Shown piece after piece: positions 10,356 through 18,905 of a stretch of DNA of 38,963 nucleotides. The notes beneath the pieces are model-generated. The model had not been told where the DNA came from, made no database searches, and worked only from the letters and a program-made list of their open reading frames with translations. Origin of the DNA: Calditrichaceae bacterium (lineage in GTDB: Bacteria; Calditrichota; Calditrichia; Calditrichales; JBFXGD01); NCBI GenBank assembly GCA_050178385.1, contig JBFXGD010000017.1, forward strand, positions 1 through 38,963. The letters are read 5' to 3'. The translations under genes were made by a program, and so were the position numbers. Numbering within the stretch: the stretch's first letter is position 1; each line of letters opens with the position of its first letter.

Positions 10356-11384
10356 TTAACTCAAGGTTGTTTTATCAGCCCTTAGATCTGTGATAGCTTT
10401 TTTTACGCGTTCTTTCATGCCGGTTTCCGCTTTCTTTAAATATGACCGCGGGTCATAGACTTTTTTATTGCCGACTTCTTCTTCAATTTTAAGAACACCG
10501 TCATAATTTTTCATTATATGATCCACAATTGGCCTGGTAAAAGCATACTGAGTATCGGTATCCACGTTCATTTTGATTACACCATAATCCAAAGTCTCTC
10601 TTATTTCATCAAGGGATGAGCCGCTGCCACCGTGAAACACAAGAAAAAACGCCGCTTCATCACCATATTTTGAAATTACTGCGGCTTGTCCTTCTTTCAG
10701 AATTTTTGGCTGTAATTTTACGTTTCCCGGCTTGTAAACACCATGTACATTGCCGAATGTAGCCGCGAATAAATAAATTCCGCCCTTAACTTCAGAGAGC
10801 CGGCGGTACACTTCAAGCATATCTTCCGGCGTCGTGTACAATTTTGAAGCGGGAAGGCCTTCATTATTAACGCCGTCTTCTTCTCCCCCCACAACTCCGG
10901 CTTCAACTTCAAGAATGATTCCAAGCTCCGCGCATTCCTTTAATAACCCGGTAGCTATATCCATATTTTCCTTCAGCGGCAGAGAACTGCCGTCAAACAT
11001 GTGAGAATTGAATAAAGGTTTCAGGCCGGCATTAACTCTTTTCCTGGATTCAGCTATCAGTGGTTTTAAGAATGAATCAACTTTGTCCGGCGGACAATGA
11101 TCCGTATGAAGCGCGACATTGATATCATATTTTTCTGCTACCAAATGTACATGCTGCGCGAGCGAGATTGCTCCGATCACCGCGTCTTTTAAACCCTGTC
11201 CGGAAGCGAATTCCGCGCCGCCGGTTGAAACCTGAATGATGCCGTCGCTTTTCATCTCTGCAAAGGCAGAAAGACACGCGTTGGCGGAAGCTTCAGAAGT
11301 CACATTTATTGCGGGATAAGCAAATTTATTTTTTTTGGCATTTTTGAGCATTTCCAAATATTTATCATAATCAATTACCGGCAT
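10356..11384 (-). CDS. fbaA: Class II fructose-bisphosphate aldolase
   Basis: FAYPAINV, ALHTDHC, SHMFDGS, LEVEAGVVGGEEDG, FGNVHGVYKPG, VFHGGSGS, KMNVDTDTQ. Start moved to ATG 11384 (MPVIDY), which has a GAGGAG RBS. Confidence 0.96.
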   Translation of the reverse strand: MPVIDYDKYLEMLKNAKKNKFAYPAINVTSEASANACLSAFAEMKSDGIIQVSTGGAEFASGQGLKDAVIGAISLAQHVHLVAEKYDINVALHTDHCPPDKVDSFLKPLIAESRKRVNAGLKPLFNSHMFDGSSLPLKENMDIATGLLKECAELGIILEVEAGVVGGEEDGVNNEGLPASKLYTTPEDMLEVYRRLSEVKGGIYLFAATFGNVHGVYKPGNVKLQPKILKEGQAAVISKYGDEAAFFLVFHGGSGSSLDEIRETLDYGVIKMNVDTDTQYAFTRPIVDHIMKNYDGVLKIEEEVGNKKVYDPRSYLKKAETGMKERVKKAITDLRADKTTLS

Positions 11385-11443
11385 TTTTTTCTCCTCACAA
11401 ATAATATTCAAACTACCTGTTACCTTAAACGGAAATAAGGCGA

Positions 11444-11472
11444 AGTATAACGAATTTATCAAAAACAAACAA
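11444..11472 (-). promoter_or_regulatory. Putative sigma70 promoter of fbaA
   Basis: TTGTTT-N17-TATACT on the minus strand, about 60 bp upstream of ATG 11384. Confidence 0.5.
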
Positions 11473-11520
11473 GCCATTCGATTGAAATGGATGAAATATC
11501 ATGCTTTTAAATTCATGAAG

Positions 11521-11566
11521 AAAGAGAAAACCGGCTTTGTTGATCTGTGGAGGAGCAAAGCCGGTT
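11521..11566 (-). terminator. Rho-independent terminator with C-rich anti-SD-like loop
   Basis: Perfect 11-bp stem AACCGGCTTTG/CAAAGCCGGTT, loop CTCCTCCACAGATCAA, followed by a T-rich tail (TTTTCTCTTT, first two T in the stem) on the minus strand. Confidence 0.75.
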
Positions 11567-11637
11567 ATTTGTGACAACCCCGTGAGAGAATGAAAAGGTA
11601 TATTATTTGAATAATGATATTATGATGCCAGACATTT
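11521..11637 (-). ncRNA. Candidate sigma54-dependent small RNA (about 85-120 nt)
   Basis: Short interval with no substantial ORF, bounded by a -24/-12 motif upstream and an intrinsic terminator downstream. No family recognised. Confidence 0.4.
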
Positions 11638-11647
11638 TTATACAATA

Positions 11648-11663
11648 TGCAAATATGATACCA
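11648..11663 (-). promoter_or_regulatory. Putative sigma54 (-24/-12) promoter
   Basis: TGGTAT-CATAT-TTGCA against consensus TGGCAC-N5-TTGCA. A degenerate second copy, TGGCAT-CATAA-TATCA, lies at 11615-11630. Confidence 0.55.
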
Positions 11664-11681
11664 TCTATAAATGTTAAGGAT

Positions 11682-11723
11682 TGTCGTCCACGACACCGGA
11701 TTTTGTGTAAAATAACTACACAA
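11682..11723. promoter_or_regulatory. Two TGT...ACA dyads, candidate enhancer-binding protein sites
   Basis: TGTCGT-CC-ACGACA (11682-11695) and TTGTGTA-N7-TACACAA (11703-11723), both upstream of the sigma54-like motifs. Confidence 0.45.
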
Positions 11724-11749
11724 TAAGACGCTTATTATTCGTCTGTCAT

Positions 11750-13513
11750 TTAAAAACTACCGGTACTATTTTCATCGGCTTTTATAAAACGGGAAACCAA
11801 ATTAATCAGTTCACTCAGCTGAAACGGTTTATTAATAAAACCGTCTGCCTGTTTTAAAATCTTATTAATTTCCTCATCAATTTCATACCCGGTCATAAAT
11901 ACAAAATATGCCGGATAATTAATTTCCCGTATCTTTTTAAATAAATCTATACCATGCATTCCCGGCATATCCACGTCAGAGAGAATCAACTGATACTGGT
12001 TACTGCCAATGTATTCCAACGCGGACAATCCGTCCTCAGCACCGTCACAAATAAATCCGGCCATATTGAGACTTTCCACCAGTGTCTCAAGAACCTCCTT
12101 TTGATCATCTATCAGCAAAATCCTTTTCTTCATGTTTTCTATAATTTTTCTATTCGAAGATGCTTTGATGTCTATAATTTTAGTGTCGAGATAATCCTGT
12201 TTCTTAATTGTTGTGATACTCTTTAAATTATCGACCAGTTCTATGATACGCTGGATCATTTTCTGCGCTTTGGGGAAATATGGTGAACTGCCTGCTGATT
12301 GTTCCATCAAAGACATGCTGATAGTCAGAGCCTGCAGCGGCTGTGAAAACTCATGCGCTACTCCACCGGCGAGTTCCTGCACACTTTTAAGGGATTCTGC
12401 CTTGCGAAGAGCATCCTCTGCCCTTTTTCGCTCCATGTCATCGACCCGTAAGGAAATAAAATGCGTGATTTCCTTTTTGGCGTCAGTTACCGGAATTATG
12501 GTTTGTTTCTCCCAGTATATCTGGCCGTCTTTTTTTCTGTTACAAATTTCCTTGCTCCAAATATTTCCGGACAAAATAGTACTCCATAATTCTTCATAAA
12601 ATTCCGTTTTATGTGTACCGGAATTTAGTATTCTGGGGTTTTTACCGAGTATTTCGCTTTCCCTGTATCCGGTTACTTCCGTGAATTGCGGATTTATATA
12701 GATGATTATCCCTTTTTTATCGGTGATTAATACAGGGATCGGACTATGTTCGCTGGCAAGCCTGAATGCTGAAAGTTGCTGCTGTGATTCCTTTTGTTCA
12801 CTTATGTCACGTAAGATTAAAATGTGGCATTCCTCATCATCCCAAACGAGATTTCCGACACGCATCTCCACAGTACCCCTGTCACCCCCAAACACGCTCA
12901 CATCGACTTCTCTTACCGTATCTATAAATAATTCAGATGATAAGGTCTGCCCAAGTATGAATTCCGGATGAATTCCAAATTTGTTCATACAGGCCGGATT
13001 TATAAAATGTACAAATCCTTTTTTATTGACGATTATGATGCCGTCATCATATCCGCGAATGGAATTTAAAAACACGATATCACTTTGATGAAGGTTTCGC
13101 TTCAAATATTGTGAGTCAAGATTCAGTCGGTGTAATCCGATTATTCTCTTAACGGAAGCATCAAAGCTCAACCGGGTCAATTGTTCAATGTACAGCGTTT
13201 CTACATTCTTGTGTTGTAAAAATTGATCTGAAATTCCGGTACTATAATTATTAAAAAGTACTGAAACAGGTAAACCAGATATTTTCTCGGTTAAATCGAT
13301 GAACTCATCAACACCCGTTTGATTTTCTTCAGTAACATAATAAAATATCAAATCAAATTTTGATTGATTCAAAGAGTCCTGAGATGCATCGCTATAATGG
13401 ATATAGTCAACATTTATTGAATCAGGTTTTATTTTAATGATAGATTCTTTAATGATCTCAAGATCATTTGCGTGAGAGAATATAATGCCAACAGAATATT
13501 GTTCTTCGGCCAT
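11750..13513 (-). CDS. Signal transduction protein: degenerate REC-like N-terminus, PAS, PAS, HisKA (no HATPase), REC
   Basis: PAS1 ends ILRDISEQK. PAS2 contains GKNPRILNSG...W...NRKKDGQIYW. H-box LAGGVAHEFSQPL. C-terminal REC has LIDD, LSDVDMPG, MTGY and NKP. No N/G1/F/G2 boxes. Confidence 0.85.
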   Translation of the reverse strand: MAEEQYSVGIIFSHANDLEIIKESIIKIKPDSINVDYIHYSDASQDSLNQSKFDLIFYYVTEENQTGVDEFIDLTEKISGLPVSVLFNNYSTGISDQFLQHKNVETLYIEQLTRLSFDASVKRIIGLHRLNLDSQYLKRNLHQSDIVFLNSIRGYDDGIIIVNKKGFVHFINPACMNKFGIHPEFILGQTLSSELFIDTVREVDVSVFGGDRGTVEMRVGNLVWDDEECHILILRDISEQKESQQQLSAFRLASEHSPIPVLITDKKGIIIYINPQFTEVTGYRESEILGKNPRILNSGTHKTEFYEELWSTILSGNIWSKEICNRKKDGQIYWEKQTIIPVTDAKKEITHFISLRVDDMERKRAEDALRKAESLKSVQELAGGVAHEFSQPLQALTISMSLMEQSAGSSPYFPKAQKMIQRIIELVDNLKSITTIKKQDYLDTKIIDIKASSNRKIIENMKKRILLIDDQKEVLETLVESLNMAGFICDGAEDGLSALEYIGSNQYQLILSDVDMPGMHGIDLFKKIREINYPAYFVFMTGYEIDEEINKILKQADGFINKPFQLSELINLVSRFIKADENSTGSF

Positions 13514-13732
13514 AATCGGATTTCTATTGTTAATAGTTTACCCTGAATTTCAGGTCAGGTAAAGTTTCCCCCATTTTAGAAACAGGGGAATCTTAAAGCA
13601 ATTCTCACCTTATAGTAAAAGCTACCTTGCCGGAGGCAAGAATTCATAATTATTGTCTGTTCTGATAATAGATCAAACGATCTATATGCCAATTCTATTT
13701 TATTTTAAGAATGGCAATTGTGTTGTGATGAA

Positions 13733-14764
13733 TTACACAAATTCACTTATGATTAAATCTTGCGAGATTAGATTTTGTTGTTTTAATTTTTCCAGACTTT
13801 TTGCGAACGACTGCATACCGATCTCGGAGCCTGTCTGGATAGCCGAATCTATCTGATGATTTTTCTTTTCTCTGATTAGATTTTTAACCGCATCGGTCGA
13901 TATCAGAATCTCAAGCATGGCGATTCGTTCATTTACACCTGCTTTTGGCACCAGTCTCTGGGCAATCACTGCTATCAGAGTACTGGCAAGTACCACGCGA
14001 ATCTGCGGCTGCTGTTCACCGGGAAATACATTGATAATACGATCAATGGATTCCGCCGCTGAATTTGTATGAAGTGTTGAGAGAACGAGATGGCCTGTTT
14101 CCGCAGCATGGAGCGCGTTTGCGATGGTTTCATGGTCACGCATCTCACCGACGAGGATTACATCGGGATCTTCGCGCATCGCCGCTCTCAATGCAGAAGC
14201 AAAATCTATTGTGTGTACACCCACCTCTCTTTGATGAATTAAACTGCTCATGGGCTTATGAACATACTCGATCGGATCTTCTATCGTTATTATATGCATT
14301 CTTTTGGTCATGTTTATTTCGTGCAGCATCGCCGTCAGGGTTGTTGATTTTCCGCTACCCGCGGGGCCTGTCATCAAAATCAATCCTTTTTGACGCTGTA
14401 AAATATGTTTCAAAACAGGAGGCATCTGAAGATCATCAAGTGTTCGGATATCAGGATAAATCACACGAAACGCGGCACTAATACCATGAATATGTTTATA
14501 AATATTTACACGGAAGCGCGCAATATCCTTAATGTCGATCGCGAAATCGACTTCCTTCCCAGTTTTTAATAGTGATTTCTGGGTTTCATCCAACAGAACT
14601 GTCAATTCATTGGTCAGATGTTCTTTAGTCAGTGGTGCCATATCCACTTTCTTTAGTTGTCCCATTATTCTTAAAACTGGGGGCATCCCACTGCTGAAAT
14701 GAATATCAGAAGCCTTTTTTTCTACCGCAAATCTGAGTGTTTCCTGAAGAATTAGTTTTTCCAT
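13733..14764 (-). CDS. pilT: Type IV pilus retraction ATPase
   Basis: ASDIHF, Walker A GPAGSGKSTT, TIEDPIEY, QREVG, REDPDVILVGEMRD, AETGHLVLSTLHT, AVKNLIRE (AIRNLIRE motif). Confidence 0.93.
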   Translation of the reverse strand: MEKLILQETLRFAVEKKASDIHFSSGMPPVLRIMGQLKKVDMAPLTKEHLTNELTVLLDETQKSLLKTGKEVDFAIDIKDIARFRVNIYKHIHGISAAFRVIYPDIRTLDDLQMPPVLKHILQRQKGLILMTGPAGSGKSTTLTAMLHEINMTKRMHIITIEDPIEYVHKPMSSLIHQREVGVHTIDFASALRAAMREDPDVILVGEMRDHETIANALHAAETGHLVLSTLHTNSAAESIDRIINVFPGEQQPQIRVVLASTLIAVIAQRLVPKAGVNERIAMLEILISTDAVKNLIREKKNHQIDSAIQTGSEIGMQSFAKSLEKLKQQNLISQDLIISEFV

Positions 14765-14768
14765 ATTC

Positions 14769-16049
14769 CTACATCAATTTGGTGGTTATAAAGATCAGAA
14801 GATCTTTTTTTTCTTTTATCGTCGATGTGTGTTTAAAGAAATATCCGAGTAAAGGAATATCACCTAATAACCATACTTTAGAAACTATTTTGCTTTCACT
14901 CTCTTTTACCAAACCGCCAATCACCACCGTTTCGCCGTCTTTAACCATCACTGTAGTCTTAACCTCTCTCTTTGATGTTATCGGCTGCGGTGTCTCGGTA
15001 GGACCGGTATAACCGATAATTTCTTCCAAAATGGGATGCACGTTTAGTGTGATGTTTCCATCATCACTAATTAAAGGAATGACTTCGACGCTCATGTCCA
15101 CATCTTTTTCCCTATAGGAAATATAATCACCGCCTACCCCTCTGGATAACTCAGGGATGGGCACCGTCGTTCCTATCTTTATGAGCGCCTTTTTATTGTT
15201 CAGCGCGGTGACTTTGGGATTTGAAATCAACCGTGAATTGTTATCATTCGCCAGAAAGTCCAGGGTAGCCTTCAGTTCGTCAAATGTGATTACACCAAGC
15301 GTTAAATCATCCGATCCCTTGGGCAGCTGATACCAGGCTGACAACACCGATGTCCCGGATGTACTGGACTCTGATTTAGTAACAGGCGCCGTTGTTTCTG
15401 CCCCTGTCATAGTAACACCAATACTTTTTGGCAAATTTAAACCAACTTGTTTTTCATCTGTCATCAATGTCTCAACAAGTCGGACTTCGATCTGCATTTG
15501 TCTTCCCTGGACGTCCATTACTTTTCTTACTTCATCGATTCTCTGCAGATTCTCCCAATAATCGGTCACGACTATAAAAGTAGATCTTTGATATTTTTCT
15601 TCCTGCTCCGGTTCCGAAAGCAGGGCCTCAATTTTGCCTTTATCCGAAATTAAAGGCTCAATTGCGGTCTTTAGATGATATCCGTCAATAAAATTGAGTT
15701 TGAATACTTTTGTCTGAAGCTCACCGTTTATACTCACGTTCAGCGGTTTTACCAATATCACTTCATTGTCAATGACATAATGATATCCGTGCGCTTTTAA
15801 GATTGTATTAAGTGCATCCGCTAATGTGACATTAAAAAGTTCTACCGTAATTTTTCCTTGTGGATCACCGCCGACCACGAGATTGAGGGAATATTGTTTG
15901 GCAAACAAACGAAGTGCGTTGTCCAATGAAATACCGTAAAATTTGGGAGACACTCTTTGAGAAAGAGTTTCATTCAGACTCGCCGAAGAGCTGTTCACAC
16001 TCAACACAATTCCGATACAGATTATTAAAATCAACTTGAATCTTTTCAT
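14769..16049 (-). CDS. pilQ: Secretin (PilQ/MshL/GspD family)
   Basis: Signal peptide and N-domains, then QMQIEVRLVE, LISNPKVTALNNKKALIKIG, VKDGETVVIGGL, KVWLLGDIPLLGYFFK, LLIFIT. Confidence 0.88.
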   Translation of the reverse strand: MKRFKLILIICIGIVLSVNSSSASLNETLSQRVSPKFYGISLDNALRLFAKQYSLNLVVGGDPQGKITVELFNVTLADALNTILKAHGYHYVIDNEVILVKPLNVSINGELQTKVFKLNFIDGYHLKTAIEPLISDKGKIEALLSEPEQEEKYQRSTFIVVTDYWENLQRIDEVRKVMDVQGRQMQIEVRLVETLMTDEKQVGLNLPKSIGVTMTGAETTAPVTKSESSTSGTSVLSAWYQLPKGSDDLTLGVITFDELKATLDFLANDNNSRLISNPKVTALNNKKALIKIGTTVPIPELSRGVGGDYISYREKDVDMSVEVIPLISDDGNITLNVHPILEEIIGYTGPTETPQPITSKREVKTTVMVKDGETVVIGGLVKESESKIVSKVWLLGDIPLLGYFFKHTSTIKEKKDLLIFITTKLM

Positions 16050-16058
16050 TGAATCTCC

Positions 16059-16517
16059 TTAGAATTGACCTAAGGTTATCGTCTTTATATCCCCGTCTTT
16101 AGTAAGCGTAACCTTTTGTGGCTCTATTTTTAAAACACGATAACCCTCAATATTCTCACCAACTCTTACCGCCATGTTATTTATCATGACCACCGAATTT
16201 TCACCACTGTAACTAATGGCCTGTAAGTGTAGTATCGGCTCAACCTTTTTAGATGCTGATCTTTTTTTTATTTTTTTTACAGAAACATCAAAAAACGGAT
16301 CCTTTCCCCATCCTTTTTTATAATTTAAGACCGGGATATATTTCGGTATCGCTTTCTCTTTTGAATCATCCACCGGATTTACACTGACCGGTGCAGGACC
16401 GTCATCGAGATAATAACCAAGGTACTGCTCAGAATTTATAGTAAAATCAATAACCGCGAACAGGACTACAGCAGAGAGCACTATTAAAAGACGCTTTTGT
16501 TCTTTGGTTATTTGCAT
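16059..16517 (-). CDS. PilP/GspB/MshK-like pilus accessory protein
   Basis: N-terminal TM, WGKDPF, then LQAISY..VMINN..VRVGENIEGYRVLKI beta domain. Located between pilO and the secretin. Confidence 0.7.
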   Translation of the reverse strand: MQITKEQKRLLIVLSAVVLFAVIDFTINSEQYLGYYLDDGPAPVSVNPVDDSKEKAIPKYIPVLNYKKGWGKDPFFDVSVKKIKKRSASKKVEPILHLQAISYSGENSVVMINNMAVRVGENIEGYRVLKIEPQKVTLTKDGDIKTITLGQF

Positions 16518-16530
16518 TCGTTTTCCTTAA

Positions 16531-17073
16531 TCAATTATTCCAGGTATATAATTTTACGCTGACTTTTGAGACGATCGTGCCATCCGACTGATTACTTTTT
16601 TCCATTTCCAGTTCTCCGGGCACCAGATAAAATGGCAGATTTTCAAAATTTTCTAAAAATTTTCCGGTATCAAGATATCCGCCTTTAATCTCCAACAAGA
16701 ACGGCATCGGATTTATTTTTGAGTTTCCGGCCTGATCAAAATAATTATTTAGTACCGGTGAAAAATCAGTGATTACAATATTATTTTGGCGGGCAAGGAC
16801 ATTAAGTTTTTCGGTGACTTTTGCGAGTTCCGTTTTTTTAACATATTTTAACTTAATTTTTTCCAGCTGCCCCTGCTCTATTTGCAGAAGATTTTTAATT
16901 TTTGACATTTCTGCCTGTGCCGTTTTCGCGCTTTTTAACTTACTCACAAGCGCTGCCAGCTCGGACTCTGTGTTTTTAATCTTTTTATTCAATACCGGAT
17001 CAAGAATAAAATATCCGATTCCAAATATAAAAATTTGCAGAATTATAAGTATAAAAAACAGCTTTTTAGCCAT
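16531..17073 (-). CDS. pilO: PilO/MshJ-like alignment protein
   Basis: N-terminal TM, coiled coil, and a ferredoxin-like domain with LEIKGGYLDTGKFLENFENLP. Confidence 0.75.
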   Translation of the reverse strand: MAKKLFFILIILQIFIFGIGYFILDPVLNKKIKNTESELAALVSKLKSAKTAQAEMSKIKNLLQIEQGQLEKIKLKYVKKTELAKVTEKLNVLARQNNIVITDFSPVLNNYFDQAGNSKINPMPFLLEIKGGYLDTGKFLENFENLPFYLVPGELEMEKSNQSDGTIVSKVSVKLYTWNN

Positions 17074-17084
17074 TACCCACTCAT

Positions 17085-18878
17085 TTAAAAATAAATTATA
17101 AATTCAAATCCGGTAAAATTATCTTCCCGGTTTTTATCGACTTTTGAAATTTTAATATCCTTAAAAAATTTCAGCCCTTTCAGATGATTGATAAAATTTA
17201 CCAGCACAACATCATCCGTCAGATCTGTTTTTTTTAAATAACCGGTCACGTCAATCTGATACTTATAATGAGATAGATCGTCTTTATTGACTTTTTTACT
17301 CTTTAGATCAACATACCTGAATTCAATTCTTTGTAATCGTATCTCAGACGGTGTTTCATTACTAAATATTTGCAAAATCTGAACAATCGGAGCAGAATTT
17401 TCTACAACTCCGGCAAGTTCTGATTTTTCAATCTTAATTTTTGTTATCTGGTCCTCATAAGTTTTATATTGTGTTTCAAACTCATTATACTTTGAGTAGT
17501 TTTTTTCATATGATTCAACCATCTGTCTTTTTTCCAGATTTTTTTTATAATGATCCACGGTGTTAAATACAAACGCGAAGAATGTGACAAAACATGTGGC
17601 CGCGAGCAGCCAGTTGTACTTGATAAAGGCCATCCTTCGTTTATAGGCTGCGGGCAGCAGATTGCATTGCTTCCCTGTTTGAAGAGCAGCGCCGATTGTA
17701 GATGAAAATTCGCCATATTCGAGAGTTTTCCGGACTTTAGAAACGAACTGCGGAGCAAGAACATACACAGGCATATTTAGCCGGCTACGGAGGTATGGTA
17801 TTAGACTTTCCTTGCGAATACCATAACCTGTAACAAAAATACGATCAATATACAGCTTGTTTTCCCTGCCCTGTAAAAAAGCCATAAATCTTAATATTTC
17901 TGAAAAAAATTCGTGTAAAACAGGATTTTGTTTGTTTTCAAGGTCGTTAATTTTACCGATTAACCGGTTTCGAAGAAGACTGCCTCCCACTTTCTGCGTC
18001 TCGCTTGCGGCGGATTCAACCCGGACTGATTTTTCATTAGAAGTTTTTTCAACAGATTCTGCATCTTTGATGGTAGCTTCTAAATTCCTTGCGCCTATCC
18101 CCATGTTCCGGACATATTCCAAACGTCCGCTATTTAGATAAAAAATTTGAGTAAAATCGTAAGAGACATCGACCAGAAGATCTCTGGCAGGTTCAGCCAG
18201 CATCCGGTTATATGCTTCCTGTAACGCCATTGGCCGCGGAATTAATGTTTTTACTTCAAGACCTGTTTTTTCAAATACGCTCAAATAGTCTGAAATAATG
18301 CTTGCCGGAACAACCAGAATCTGAATACGCAGTTTATCTATACCATCCTCTTTAAATTCCTGCAGCACATCGTACGACCATGATGAGTTTTCATCAAAGT
18401 TCTGGAGTTCAGTTTTGTTCTTATAAAAGATCGCATTATCAAGGTCGGATTTTTTTTTAAACTTAGGCAGTATAACCTGCCGGATGTTTTGTTCCGGACT
18501 AAAAATACTCGCGTGAACATCCATACCGGATTTATAAAAATGGGACTTTATGAATTTGAGAGCTTCCTGCATGGCGCGGAAACGATCGGCATCATCCGAT
18601 GGAAAGGTTTGCACTCCCCATTTTCTGACATCTATGGAATCACCGGATTTATTGATCACAATAAACCGGATTTTATCCATATCAATATCAAGAGATAAAC
18701 ATTTTTTTGCGGTTAACAACTTAATAAACGGCAAGGACGCATGAAATTGATCATTTACATCATGAGTCATCGGCTCTCTGTCTTTATTTATTCTTATTTT
18801 TTGGGATACTTCTGTTTTATTTAAATTAGCTACAGTGTTCTCCACAATTTTCGACACTTTTTGGCCGTCCTTTGACAT
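17085..18878 (-). CDS. PilM-PilN fusion protein
   Basis: Actin-like PilM region (LSLDID, LLVDVSYDFT, RIFVTGYG) continues in frame into NLLP, TM, coiled coil and a PilN-like periplasmic domain (TPSEIRL, FINHLKGLKFFKDI). Start may be a downstream Met. Confidence 0.78.
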   Translation of the reverse strand: MSKDGQKVSKIVENTVANLNKTEVSQKIRINKDREPMTHDVNDQFHASLPFIKLLTAKKCLSLDIDMDKIRFIVINKSGDSIDVRKWGVQTFPSDDADRFRAMQEALKFIKSHFYKSGMDVHASIFSPEQNIRQVILPKFKKKSDLDNAIFYKNKTELQNFDENSSWSYDVLQEFKEDGIDKLRIQILVVPASIISDYLSVFEKTGLEVKTLIPRPMALQEAYNRMLAEPARDLLVDVSYDFTQIFYLNSGRLEYVRNMGIGARNLEATIKDAESVEKTSNEKSVRVESAASETQKVGGSLLRNRLIGKINDLENKQNPVLHEFFSEILRFMAFLQGRENKLYIDRIFVTGYGIRKESLIPYLRSRLNMPVYVLAPQFVSKVRKTLEYGEFSSTIGAALQTGKQCNLLPAAYKRRMAFIKYNWLLAATCFVTFFAFVFNTVDHYKKNLEKRQMVESYEKNYSKYNEFETQYKTYEDQITKIKIEKSELAGVVENSAPIVQILQIFSNETPSEIRLQRIEFRYVDLKSKKVNKDDLSHYKYQIDVTGYLKKTDLTDDVVLVNFINHLKGLKFFKDIKISKVDKNREDNFTGFEFIIYF

Positions 18879-18905
18879 TCGTAAATCCTTAATTCCTAAA
18901 TGCGA

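Noticed and set aside
11385..11477. 31-aa N-terminal extension of fbaA in the ORF track
   Set aside because: A strong RBS and family-typical start at 11384; the extension overlaps the predicted promoter.
11603..11635. 10-aa leader peptide MSGIIISLFK within the sRNA candidate
   Set aside because: No RBS and no informative residue bias; likely chance, though not excluded.
13513..13540. Second sigma28 promoter (TAAA-N16-TCCGATTA) before the sensor gene
   Set aside because: Spacing is off by one and the -10 overlaps the start codon.
13600..13645. c-di-GMP-I riboswitch (GCCTCCGG...GGTAGC resemblance on the minus strand)
   Set aside because: The P2 elements GGCAAAC/GNRA/GACGCAAA are absent.
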